This document shows, in pieces, positions 20,215 to 28,859 of a DNA stretch of 64,000 nucleotides (positions are counted from its first letter, which is position 1; each line of letters starts with the position of its first letter). Made by a program: the position numbers and the translations under genes. The notes beneath the pieces were generated by a model. It made no database searches. It saw only the letters and a program-made list of their open reading frames with translations, and had not been told where the DNA came from. The DNA lies in assembly GCA_002328025.1 (NCBI GenBank), contig DCVE01000003.1:17222-81221 (forward strand). The letters run 5' to 3'. Source of the DNA: Patescibacteria group bacterium UBA2196 (GTDB lineage Bacteria; Patescibacteriota; Patescibacteriia; UBA2196).

Positions 20215-20243
20215 TTGACAACCAATTATTTTTTCAGTATAGT
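20215..20243 (+). promoter_or_regulatory. Sigma70 promoter of tRNA-Ser pair
   Basis: TTGACA-N17-TATAGT. Confidence 0.8.
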
Positions 20244-20261
20244 TAATGAATAATGCCAGAT

Positions 20262-20348
20262 GGAAGGGTGGCAGAGTGGTCTAACGCGACAGTCTTGAAA
20301 ACTGTTAGGGATGAAAGTCCCTCGTGAGTTCGAATCTCACCCCTTCCG
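20262..20348 (+). tRNA. tRNA-Ser(TGA), CCA not encoded
   Basis: GGAAGGG/CCCTTCC acceptor, ACAGT-CTTGAAA-ACTGT anticodon arm, long variable arm, GTGAG-TTCGAAT-CTCAC. Confidence 0.96.
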
Positions 20349-20381
20349 TATTTAAAAAAAATAGAATTTAATAATGTTTAT

Positions 20382-20472
20382 GGAGAGATGGCCGAGTGGC
20401 TTAAGGCGGCAGGTTGCTAACCTGTTGTATGTCTTTTTGGGCATACCCAGGGTTCAAATCCCTGTCTCTCCG
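20382..20472 (+). tRNA. tRNA-Ser(GCT), CCA not encoded
   Basis: GGAGAGA/TCTCTCC acceptor, GCAGG-TTGCTAA-CCTGT, long variable arm, CAGGG-TTCAAAT-CCCTG. Confidence 0.95.
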
Positions 20473-20500
20473 TTTCTAAAATCAACGCATAAAATATATC

Positions 20501-20529
20501 TTGCATTAATCATTTTTTTCAGTTAGAAT
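20501..20529 (+). promoter_or_regulatory. Sigma70 promoter of tRNA-Glu
   Basis: TTGCAT-N17-TAGAAT. Confidence 0.6.
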
Positions 20530-20555
20530 AATTGTAATTAAAAATTGTATTCTAT

Positions 20556-20630
20556 GGCGCCATCGTCTAATGGTCAGGACACCAGGTTTTCATCCTGGTA
20601 ATCGGGGTTCGATTCCCCGTGGCGCTACCA
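20556..20630 (+). tRNA. tRNA-Glu(TTC)
   Basis: GGCGCCA/TGGCGCT acceptor, CCAGG-TTTTCAT-CCTGG, CGGGG-TTCGATT-CCCCG, ACCA end. Confidence 0.96.
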
Positions 20631-20660
20631 AAACAATAAGAATTATTATATTTAATCTAA

Positions 20661-20771
20661 CAGGTTTTTCCGCCTAAGGCGGACCCGCCTCTAGCGGGCA
20701 TCCTGGTAATCAGGGTTCTCCACCTAAGGTGGATCCGCCTCTAGCGGAAATTTCCACCCGTGGCGCTACCA
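20661..20771 (+). pseudogene. tRNA-Glu 3'-part duplicate interrupted by two 30-bp palindromic elements
   Basis: CAGGTTTT [insert 20669-20698] CATCCTGGTAATCAGGGTTC [insert 20719-20748] AATTTCCACCCGTGGCGCTACCA; 5' acceptor strand and D-arm are missing. Confidence 0.85.
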
Positions 20772-20804
20772 AAAATATCCCTAACTAAATCAGGGGTATT
20801 TTTG
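20770..20804. terminator. Intrinsic terminator between tRNA cluster and comF
   Basis: CAAAAATATCCCT...AGGGGTATTTTTG hairpin with T/A tails. Confidence 0.7.
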
Positions 20805-20826
20805 TTTTATAAATATCTTTTATGTT

Positions 20827-21555
20827 TTATCCGCGCGCCAAAACCAAACCCCAGACTTCCTTTGTGCCAGCTGCTTTTAAGACTTTGGCCACCTCCAAAA
20901 TAGTCGCGCCGGTGGTGTATACATCATCAATTAATAAAATTTTTTTATTTTTTAATGAATCAATAAATTTCAAATCACACAAAAATGCTCCGCTAATATT
21001 TTTTTGACGTTGGTGTTGTTTTTGCCCCACTTGAGGCTTGGTATTTTTTATTCTCTTAACCGCCTCTGCCCAGACTGGAATTCTTAAATATTGCGTGGTT
21101 TGTTCAGCTAAAAGCTGGGCCTGGTTAAAACCACGCCACAACAGACGTTTTTGTGCCAATGGTATCGGAATTAATCCATCAAAAAATCCGCTATCCAAAG
21201 CTGGTGTAAAAAAATGATTTGCTTGCTGAATTTTTTTAATCAAAATTTTTCCCAAAGGAATTTTTAAATCTTGAACAAAATTATATTTTAATTTATGAAT
21301 TAATTGCCGTAAATTTTTATTTTTCCACTGACTTGCAATTAACAAACCATCTAGATAAAAATCACGTTGACAGTGAGCATGTGTCTCACCGCGCAAACTC
21401 TTTTGTTGACAAACCGCACAATAAAAAAATTCCTCCAGCGGAATTTTTTCCAAACATTCGTTGCACAACCACACATCTTCTTTGCCGCACCCCAAACAAG
21501 CCAGTGGAAATAAAATATCCAAAACTATTTTTTTTAATTTCAAAAAAAGTTTCAT
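20827..21555 (-). CDS. comF: ComF family competence protein (double zinc ribbon + PRTase)
   Basis: CLGC...CNEC...CAVC, RGFNQAQLLA, ILLIDDVYTTGAT, LVLARG. Confidence 0.93.
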   Translation of the reverse strand: MKLFLKLKKIVLDILFPLACLGCGKEDVWLCNECLEKIPLEEFFYCAVCQQKSLRGETHAHCQRDFYLDGLLIASQWKNKNLRQLIHKLKYNFVQDLKIPLGKILIKKIQQANHFFTPALDSGFFDGLIPIPLAQKRLLWRGFNQAQLLAEQTTQYLRIPVWAEAVKRIKNTKPQVGQKQHQRQKNISGAFLCDLKFIDSLKNKKILLIDDVYTTGATILEVAKVLKAAGTKEVWGLVLARG

Positions 21556-24123
21556 CTAATCACTAATTTTAAACACGAGGCTATTTTTATATAAATCAAT
21601 TTTTACACCCATGCCGCTTTTAATTTCACCCAATAAAATTTTATCAGTCAATGGATTTTCAACTTCTTTTTCCACCACGCGCCGCACTTCCCTGGCTCCA
21701 CCTTCTTCAACCAAACTTTGTTTAGCCAGCCAAGAAATTATTTTTGGGCTGCTGGAAAAATTAATTTTTTTGGATTTCAAACGCTCAGCTAATTGTTCTA
21801 AATAACTCTTAGTAATAGTTTCTAAAACTTCCAACCCCAATGGTTGGAAAAAAACCACTTTATCCACCCGACTCAAAAGCTCTGGTCTAAATTCACGCTT
21901 TAAAGCTTCGGTGGCCCTGTCTTTAAAAGTGACAAAATTTTTATTTGTTTCATCTTGGTTTGAAAAATTTGAATCAAAACCAAAATTTTTTGCACCCAAA
22001 TTCTGCAGACCTAAATTGGCCGTCATAACAATTAAAGCATTTTTAAAACTAACCTTCTTACCAGCCGCGTCAGTTAAAACACCGTCTTCCAAAATCTGTA
22101 ATAATATATTAAACACCTGCGGATGTGCTTTTTCCATCTCATCAAATAAAACTACTGAGTAAGGCTGGCGTCTAATGCTTTCTGTTAATTTGCCTCCTTC
22201 TTTAAAACCAATATAGCCGGGCGGTGAACCAATTAGACGCGAAACATTAAAACTTTCAGCAAATTCTGACATATCAATACGTATCAATTTATCAGTCGCA
22301 CCAAAAACCTCGCGCGCTAAAACTTTGGCAGTTTCTGTCTTCCCCACACCCGACGGACCTAAAAAAACAAATGAACCCAATGGTCTAAAACTAGAATTAA
22401 GCCCGGCTCTGGCGCGTTTGACAAAAAAAGCAATCTCAGACATGGCTACATTTTGACCAAAAATAAAATTATTTAATTTTTTCTCCAAATCTACTAAATT
22501 TTTTCCCTCAGCTAAAGACAGTTCTTCTAGTGGAATTTTTTTGATTTCACTTATTACCTGTACAATATCTTTTTCTGTAATCTCACCCAACCATTTTTCT
22601 TGTCTGTTTTCAACCAAATTTTTAGCAACAGCGATTTTATTTAATAATTTTTCTTCCTCTTTTTTAAAATCTAAAGCCAAAGGATAATTTTCATCTGTAA
22701 TGGCCTGTAATTTTTTTTCTTCTAAACTTGCCATTTTTTCTTCCAAAAATATAACTTCATTTAAAAATGGCGAACTGGGCTGGCGCACTTTAACCCGCGC
22801 CGCCGCCTCATCAATTAAATCAATGGCTTTATCTGGCAAAAACCGTTCGGTAACATGACGCGCTGATAAACGCGCAGCAGCTTCAATGGCTGAGAGAGAA
22901 ATTTTTACTAAATGATGTTGCTCATAATTTTTTTTAACACCTTTTAGAATTTCAATCGTTTCTTCCACACTGGGTTCATCAACCGACACGGGTTGAAAAC
23001 GTCGTTCTAAAGCTGGGTCTTCTTCAATGTATTTTTTGTAGTCTTCGTATGTTGTGGCGCCAATGCAACGAATTTCGCCACGCGCCAAAGCTGGTTTTAA
23101 AACATTTGCGGCATCCATAGCCCCGGTCACCGCTCCCGCACCCACAATGGTGTGAATTTCATCAATAAATAAAATTATATTTGGATCCTGACGCACCTCA
23201 TCCAAAACTTGTTTTAAACGACCTTCAAATTCACCACGCATCATGGCGCCAGCTAACAACATGTTCATATCCAAAGCATAAATTTTTTTATTTAATAAAA
23301 TATCCGGCACATCACTTTCGGTTATTTTTTTAGCCAATCCATCCACAATTGCTGTTTTACCAACTCCCGCATCACCCAAAAGCACTGGGTTATTTTTAGT
23401 TCGTCGCGCCAAAATTTGAATAATACGATTAATCTCATTTTCGCGACCAATAACCGGGTCAATGTTTTGCTGCACTTTTTTATCAGTCAAGTTGCGCGCA
23501 AAAAAATCCAAAAAACTGCGTTGATTCTTTTTATTTTCAACTATTCGCGCATCCAAACGACCGATTGGTTGTTTTTTTATCAACGTTTCATTATCAAAAA
23601 AATTATCGTCCGTGTTGTTTTCCATTTTATTCATTGCTCCCAAAAGCATCTTTTCCCAATCAAATTGATTGTTCTCCAAAAAAACAGTAATATCTGAAAA
23701 GGTTTTTCCAGTTCTTAACACAACTTCCAAATGTTCAATTAATTTGGTGGTTTTAATTTTATTATTAACTAAAAAATCCTGCACCTTTTTACTGGGGTTA
23801 GAAATTAAAGCGTATAAAACATGTTCTGTTCCTACATATTTACTTTGGCTGGCCATAGCATAGACAACACTTTTTTCTAAAATTTTTTTAGTTTCCAAAT
23901 CCCAAACCAAATTTTTATTATTTTTTTTGGTTTCCTTCTTAACTTCCAATTTCTCAAATTTTAAACCAGCTTTTATAAGCACTTCGCGCGCCAAAGCGCC
24001 TTTTTCCTGCAATAGCGAAAAAAGCACATCTTCTGGTTCGATGTGTTTTTTAAATTTAAGCCCAGCTAATTGTTCAGCGCGTTCCAAAACATTTTGTAAA
24101 TGCGCGGTAAACTTTGTGTACAT
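21556..24123 (-). CDS. clpC: ATP-dependent Clp protease ATPase subunit (ClpC-type)
   Basis: Double Clp-[25 protein letters not shown]-like coil, [25 protein letters not shown]. Confidence 0.93.
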   Translation of the reverse strand: MYTKFTAHLQNVLERAEQLAGLKFKKHIEPEDVLFSLLQEKGALAREVLIKAGLKFEKLEVKKETKKNNKNLVWDLETKKILEKSVVYAMASQSKYVGTEHVLYALISNPSKKVQDFLVNNKIKTTKLIEHLEVVLRTGKTFSDITVFLENNQFDWEKMLLGAMNKMENNTDDNFFDNETLIKKQPIGRLDARIVENKKNQRSFLDFFARNLTDKKVQQNIDPVIGRENEINRIIQILARRTKNNPVLLGDAGVGKTAIVDGLAKKITESDVPDILLNKKIYALDMNMLLAGAMMRGEFEGRLKQVLDEVRQDPNIILFIDEIHTIVGAGAVTGAMDAANVLKPALARGEIRCIGATTYEDYKKYIEEDPALERRFQPVSVDEPSVEETIEILKGVKKNYEQHHLVKISLSAIEAAARLSARHVTERFLPDKAIDLIDEAAARVKVRQPSSPFLNEVIFLEEKMASLEEKKLQAITDENYPLALDFKKEEEKLLNKIAVAKNLVENRQEKWLGEITEKDIVQVISEIKKIPLEELSLAEGKNLVDLEKKLNNFIFGQNVAMSEIAFFVKRARAGLNSSFRPLGSFVFLGPSGVGKTETAKVLAREVFGATDKLIRIDMSEFAESFNVSRLIGSPPGYIGFKEGGKLTESIRRQPYSVVLFDEMEKAHPQVFNILLQILEDGVLTDAAGKKVSFKNALIVMTANLGLQNLGAKNFGFDSNFSNQDETNKNFVTFKDRATEALKREFRPELLSRVDKVVFFQPLGLEVLETITKSYLEQLAERLKSKKINFSSSPKIISWLAKQSLVEEGGAREVRRVVEKEVENPLTDKILLGEIKSGMGVKIDLYKNSLVFKISD

Positions 24124-24127
24124 AAAA

Positions 24128-24856
24128 TTATCTTATTTCACTCACCGCTTGTTCTAATTCAGTAAAACTATCCTTTTCCAGCCTTTTAGAACCGACAAAA
24201 ACATATGGCAAGCCGTCAATATATAGCTTTTGAGCGTCTTCCATGTCATAGCCGATTGATTCTAACATTTTACCAGAACTTAGACAAGTTTCGAAATTTT
24301 CTTTATTTAAACCCAATTCAGATGCCCATTGAAATATATTTTTTTCATTAATTTTTTCTTGATTATTAAACAACAAGTCACCATATTGCCAAAACTTACC
24401 CTGCTCTTTGGCACACAGCACCGCCTCGGCCGCCAATCTTGAATTAATGTTAGTTGACACTAAAAAATTCTTCCAAGCTAAAACCAACTTATCGTTCAAC
24501 AATTCTGGCTGATCAGATCGTATTTTGGCCAGAACCGACCACACCTGTTGGCAAGCTGGCAATGTAAAATCACAAAAAACTATCACCGGTGTTTCGCCTT
24601 GACCTAAATAGGCGTTATGCTGACGAATATATCTTTTATAAAAATCACTTGCCTTTTCTATTAAAGGATCACCCGCTGTGCTGGTTAAAGCCGAACTATT
24701 GTTTATAGTTGAATTATTATTGTTATTTTTATTAACTAAAAAATTTAACAAACTATATTTAAAATTTAAAAAAATAACCGCAAACAAAATCAACGCCATT
24801 AATGAAATGGCAATAAAAAAATAACGACCAACTTTTTTTTGCTTTTTATCTAACAT
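24128..24856 (-). CDS. Membrane-anchored DsbA/thioredoxin-fold protein with atypical active site
   Basis: VIVFCDFTLPAC (CxxC altered), AAEAVLCAKEQGKFWQY, FETCLSS, GLPYVFVG. Confidence 0.85.
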   Translation of the reverse strand: MLDKKQKKVGRYFFIAISLMALILFAVIFLNFKYSLLNFLVNKNNNNNSTINNSSALTSTAGDPLIEKASDFYKRYIRQHNAYLGQGETPVIVFCDFTLPACQQVWSVLAKIRSDQPELLNDKLVLAWKNFLVSTNINSRLAAEAVLCAKEQGKFWQYGDLLFNNQEKINEKNIFQWASELGLNKENFETCLSSGKMLESIGYDMEDAQKLYIDGLPYVFVGSKRLEKDSFTELEQAVSEIR

Positions 24857-24859
24857 AAT

Positions 24860-26143
24860 TTATTTTAATTTTAAACTATAAATCTGTTCATTGTTTTCAT
24901 TCCAGAAAAAAAGACTTCGTCCATCACCCGCCAAAGATAAGTGGCTAATTTTAAAATTGTCATTACCATTTTGTTCCACGGGTAAAGCCAATAAGCGAGT
25001 TTGCCCCGTGCCCAAATCCACACGATAAATATCATCACCACCCTCATATGAAAGCTCTGGATATAACCCACTGCCTTGCGGTAAATTTTTTGGTACTGCA
25101 CAATAAATTTCATTAGTGCTGGCAAAAACGCATTTATCCACCCAAGTGTTTAGTTTTAAAGCTATATTATTATTGCCAATATTATCGCCACGCGCATCAG
25201 TTAGCCATAAAGCGGGGTTATAATTGGTGTCTTGCGAAACAATTTGATAAATTATTTTTTCACCACTTGGCGCCCACAAAGCTTTAAAACGCGTGCCTTG
25301 AATTTTTAATGATTTATAATTTTCACTCTCTTGGCCAATAAAAAAAACTTCTGACGAATTTAAACCTGAGGGTTTGGCATAAAACGCCACCACTTCTTCT
25401 TTGGGTGAAAAAACTGTTTGCACCTTATTTCCCTCTTCACCCAAATCCTCAATGTATTTGACTTTATTACCATCCGGATTGGCAATGGCCACAAAATTAT
25501 TTTCTGCATTAGCGCCTTCGTATTTAAAAGCAATTTCCGAACCAGACAAATTAAAAACTGGTTCTTTTACTTCTTTGGGTAAGGTGGTCTTTTTCTTGGT
25601 GGCAAAATTATAATAAACTTTTATACCATCTGGAAAAGTCATAATGGCCTGAGTGGAATCCGCTGACCAAACCACGTTTTCAACTGCAAAAAATTTTTCA
25701 TCCGACAATAATAATTTTTCCTTACCATCAGCCGAAAGCCGATAAAATTGACTGGAATTTTTATCATAATAAACCACACCCTGTTTATTGGGGCTCAAAG
25801 CCACGCCAACTGTCTTGTCGGCCGATAGTGGTAAAACATAAGTCGTGTTTCCTCTGGCAAAACTATCAGGTTGTTGAGCAACCGCCTGTCCACCAGTATT
25901 TGTTGCTGGCAAATTACCCGTTTGTGGTAGTTGTCCACCAGTCCCCAGCTGACCAGCGTTAAATCCACTTCCTGCTTCTGGTAACTGACCGGTAATTCCA
26001 GGTGGTAAATATCCCGGCTCTCCCGGCTGTGGTGCTGCGGTTCTAAAAAACATCCAGTAGATTAAAAATAGCAAAGCCAAACACACCACCACAAAACCCA
26101 TGACTAAAAATATTTTTTTATAATTAAATTTTTCTAAATACAT
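24860..26143 (-). CDS. Membrane-anchored TolB/WD40-like beta-propeller protein
   Basis: N-terminal TM and P/G-rich linker, then blades (VVWSADS, PVFNLSG, VFSPKEE, LWAPSGE, SLAGDGRSLFF). Confidence 0.7.
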   Translation of the reverse strand: MYLEKFNYKKIFLVMGFVVVCLALLFLIYWMFFRTAAPQPGEPGYLPPGITGQLPEAGSGFNAGQLGTGGQLPQTGNLPATNTGGQAVAQQPDSFARGNTTYVLPLSADKTVGVALSPNKQGVVYYDKNSSQFYRLSADGKEKLLLSDEKFFAVENVVWSADSTQAIMTFPDGIKVYYNFATKKKTTLPKEVKEPVFNLSGSEIAFKYEGANAENNFVAIANPDGNKVKYIEDLGEEGNKVQTVFSPKEEVVAFYAKPSGLNSSEVFFIGQESENYKSLKIQGTRFKALWAPSGEKIIYQIVSQDTNYNPALWLTDARGDNIGNNNIALKLNTWVDKCVFASTNEIYCAVPKNLPQGSGLYPELSYEGGDDIYRVDLGTGQTRLLALPVEQNGNDNFKISHLSLAGDGRSLFFWNENNEQIYSLKLK

Positions 26144-26159
26144 ATTCTCATTTTTTTAA

Positions 26160-27533
26160 TTATGGACACACATGACATGGATCGTTTTGATAGGCGTCTT
26201 GTGAATTATACTGATCAGTTCCCGCACCCACTTCACATTTAGTTATGTTTTCACAATTTGGTTTATAAGCATTATTACCATCATATACACGATAGGTGTC
26301 ATCCGTACTAACACAACATATCAAGTTAGCCTCTTCATTGGCATAATTATCATCTATACAATATGTTAACTGATCTCCTGTTTCTCTGTGTTCGAAAGCT
26401 TTTCTTTTTCCACCGTCATCTGTCCAACAACCAACCGTACCATTTCCATCATTTTTAGGACCAGTCAGACAAGAAACCCTAGTCGTCGCAGCTGGACAGA
26501 ATATTCTTTTGGCCCACGCACATTCATCTGGATTTAAAAAACTATAGTCATTTCTAAACATACAAGAATATCCTAAAATTTTTTCGTCTTTATTATTATT
26601 TAAAGTTAAAGTTTGATCCATCATTTCATTAGCTTGGGTGCATCTCGTTTTATAACTATCCTTACACATTTTTGCCGGATCAGAACAATAAGAATAACCA
26701 CCATCAGTAAAACACGCTTCTTCGTGGGATTGGCAATAATTGCCCAAACAATAACTACCCATACTTAATTCTTTCTTGTTTGCGATATTTAATTCGTCTT
26801 CATAACCATATGAATATTTTTTACCACAAAGAAAAGCAATATTTGTACCACTAATTCCCTGTCCAACGGTTCCAAAAGGAATCTCAGCTGGATAATAAAC
26901 ATATCTTAATGTATGGCCAGTCGCCGGATCTGTACCATATGTACGAGGAAAATCATTGCACCAAATACTTGTTGGTTGTTCAATCTTTTCAATTCTAGTT
27001 ACGCCCGGCAAACTCAAATTCACTAAACGCGGGTTGATATTATATAAAATTACATACGAAGTTAAAGCTAAAACCAGTCCGGTAATCGCTGCATAGATTG
27101 TGGATTTGGCTTCACTCACACTACCCATATTACCAGCTGCAAAAATCCAACGCAGTCCGCCAATCATAATCATGAGCACGGCAATAATAGCAATAATACC
27201 AATTGAAAAATTATAAAATTTTTGCACATAAAACGGCAACGAATCAACCCAATAACATGTTTTTTCCACAACTTTAGTTGTGCCATTGACTATTACCACG
27301 TCATTACTATCAGTATATTTACACGCATCACTAATTCCCGGAATCGGGACTTGCACTCTAATTTTACCCACTGGCGGACAAATTGGATTTTTAGTAGCTG
27401 TGTCTATGTCGCACGCCTTGACACCACTTTGTGCCTTAACCACATTAGTCAACACAAAAAGCGCCACAATTAAATTCAATACAAATAACACCATTACAAC
27501 CATTAAAAATATTCTATTAATTTTTTTAATCAT
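26160..27533 (-). CDS. T4SS-type pilin (TrbC/VirB2-like) fused to a large Cys-rich C-terminal domain
   Basis: YNFSIGIIAIIAVLMIMIGGLRWIFAAGN...EAKSTIYAAITGLVLALTSYVILYNINP signature; more than 20 Cys downstream. Confidence 0.8.
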   Translation of the reverse strand: MIKKINRIFLMVVMVLFVLNLIVALFVLTNVVKAQSGVKACDIDTATKNPICPPVGKIRVQVPIPGISDACKYTDSNDVVIVNGTTKVVEKTCYWVDSLPFYVQKFYNFSIGIIAIIAVLMIMIGGLRWIFAAGNMGSVSEAKSTIYAAITGLVLALTSYVILYNINPRLVNLSLPGVTRIEKIEQPTSIWCNDFPRTYGTDPATGHTLRYVYYPAEIPFGTVGQGISGTNIAFLCGKKYSYGYEDELNIANKKELSMGSYCLGNYCQSHEEACFTDGGYSYCSDPAKMCKDSYKTRCTQANEMMDQTLTLNNNKDEKILGYSCMFRNDYSFLNPDECAWAKRIFCPAATTRVSCLTGPKNDGNGTVGCWTDDGGKRKAFEHRETGDQLTYCIDDNYANEEANLICCVSTDDTYRVYDGNNAYKPNCENITKCEVGAGTDQYNSQDAYQNDPCHVCP

Positions 27534-27541
27534 AAATTATA

Positions 27542-28072
27542 TTATGTTGAACATTCAAAACCAAAATATTGTGCCAAAGGGTTTAAAGCGGCCGGCGCCA
27601 AACTAACAATATCACAACTATAAGCATAAATTGCCGCAACTATAAAAATCATAATTAATAAAATCAGCCAAAACCACCAAGTCGCCACAAAAAAAGTACC
27701 CACGGCTTCCAAAACTGGCAAAATAACACTTTTGAAAAACATTTTTTTTGCCTTTTTTTCAACTGTTTTTTCTATTTCTGTCTTTGCTTGTTGTCTAGCC
27801 AGCTCTTGTATCTGCTGAAATTGACTGCGCGCAGTTTGCTCTTCCTCTTCACCGGCCAAGATATCGTTTTCCTCTTCTAATTGCTCTTGTTGGTCATCAT
27901 ATTCTTCCTCTTCGTCTTCATCATCATCATTTTGCACACCATCTCCCTGTTCTTCTTTAAAACGCGTGGCAACTAATTCTTGTTGTCTTTCGCGTTCCAA
28001 CTTAGCTCTTTCATAAGACGAAAGTGTATTGGTTTCATTTTTTTCATTTGGATTTTGAGTTTGATTTGTCAT
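27542..28072 (-). CDS. Acidic hypothetical protein with C-terminal TM segments
   Basis: D/E-rich tract NDDDEDEEEEYDD; hydrophobic VATWWFWLILLIMIFIVAAIY. Confidence 0.7.
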   Translation of the reverse strand: MTNQTQNPNEKNETNTLSSYERAKLERERQQELVATRFKEEQGDGVQNDDDEDEEEEYDDQQEQLEEENDILAGEEEEQTARSQFQQIQELARQQAKTEIEKTVEKKAKKMFFKSVILPVLEAVGTFFVATWWFWLILLIMIFIVAAIYAYSCDIVSLAPAALNPLAQYFGFECST

Positions 28073-28101
28073 TTAAAATTTGAATTTTGATATTTACGCT
28101 T

Positions 28102-28707
28102 CTACTGCCAACGTGCTTCGTCAATCTGCCACACTCCGCTGTCTTTAAGAAATACAATCTGTAAATCTTGATAATAAACACGCGAATTAGCTTCCGCACC
28201 AACCGATTCCTGTCGCTGCGTTGAAACAATTACTTGCGCATTTTTACTTTCTAAAATTTTTAGATTGGTGTTCAATGCGCGCGTGGTAATCCCATAATAG
28301 ACTGTTGGTAAAGGCCCCTGTTTTTTACTGACAACCAAAGAATCAATCCAGGTCTGCATCTTTAGGGTCATTAAAATCTTAACATCCAAAAGATTTTCAT
28401 AATTTGACTGATTTGAATAAGAGCCAAATCTTTCCGCAAAAGCCGCCGCTGTTTTGATTAAAAAACTTCTTTCTTTTTCTTCTGCCGTCAACTCTTTAAC
28501 CACTGGCGCGACTACCTTTACATTATTAATATCCGGCTGAGTGGTAGGTAACTTTTGTGTCACCTGGTTTTCATCAACTGGTGGTAAAACAATTGGTTCG
28601 GTTGATTCATTTTTACGTGCGCCAAAAATTGAAATTAATGCTAAAACAAGCACGGCAATCAACAGTATAATAACCACTATGGTAATAACAAGTCTGGTAC
28701 GGGACAT
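28102..28707 (-). CDS. Bitopic membrane protein, possible NTF2-like VirB8/TcpC analogue
   Basis: N-terminal TM; AAAFAERFGSYSN...; C-terminal strands ending FLKDSGVWQIDEARWQ; lies directly downstream of VirB4. Confidence 0.5.
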   Translation of the reverse strand: MSRTRLVITIVVIILLIAVLVLALISIFGARKNESTEPIVLPPVDENQVTQKLPTTQPDINNVKVVAPVVKELTAEEKERSFLIKTAAAFAERFGSYSNQSNYENLLDVKILMTLKMQTWIDSLVVSKKQGPLPTVYYGITTRALNTNLKILESKNAQVIVSTQRQESVGAEANSRVYYQDLQIVFLKDSGVWQIDEARWQ

Positions 28708-28716
28708 AGAATAATA

Positions 28717-28839
28717 AATTTCTAATTTTCAATTTCTAATTTTCAAACAATTTTCAATAACTTAATTTCTAATGATTGAAACATTGAAAATTATAACATT
28801 AGAAATTGTCTAGAAATTGAAAACTAGAAATTAGAAATT
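28717..28839. repeat. Palindromic heptamer-repeat element (gene-less copy)
   Basis: Left arm AATTTCT AATTTTC AATTTCT AATTTTC AAAC AATTTTC AAT...; the right arm is its approximate reverse complement. Confidence 0.85.
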
Positions 28840-28859
28840 AAATTAATATCTGTCACTTC

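Noticed and set aside
20262-20472. tRNA-Ser genes lacking CCA as pseudogenes
   Set aside because: The cloverleafs are intact, and post-transcriptional CCA addition is common.
20661-20771. Functional intron-containing, split or permuted tRNA
   Set aside because: The 5' acceptor strand and D-arm are absent, the T-stem is damaged, and the 30-bp inserts are too short for self-splicing introns.
28717-28839. CRISPR array
   Set aside because: Repeats are contiguous degenerate 7-mers without unique spacers; no cas genes in the window.
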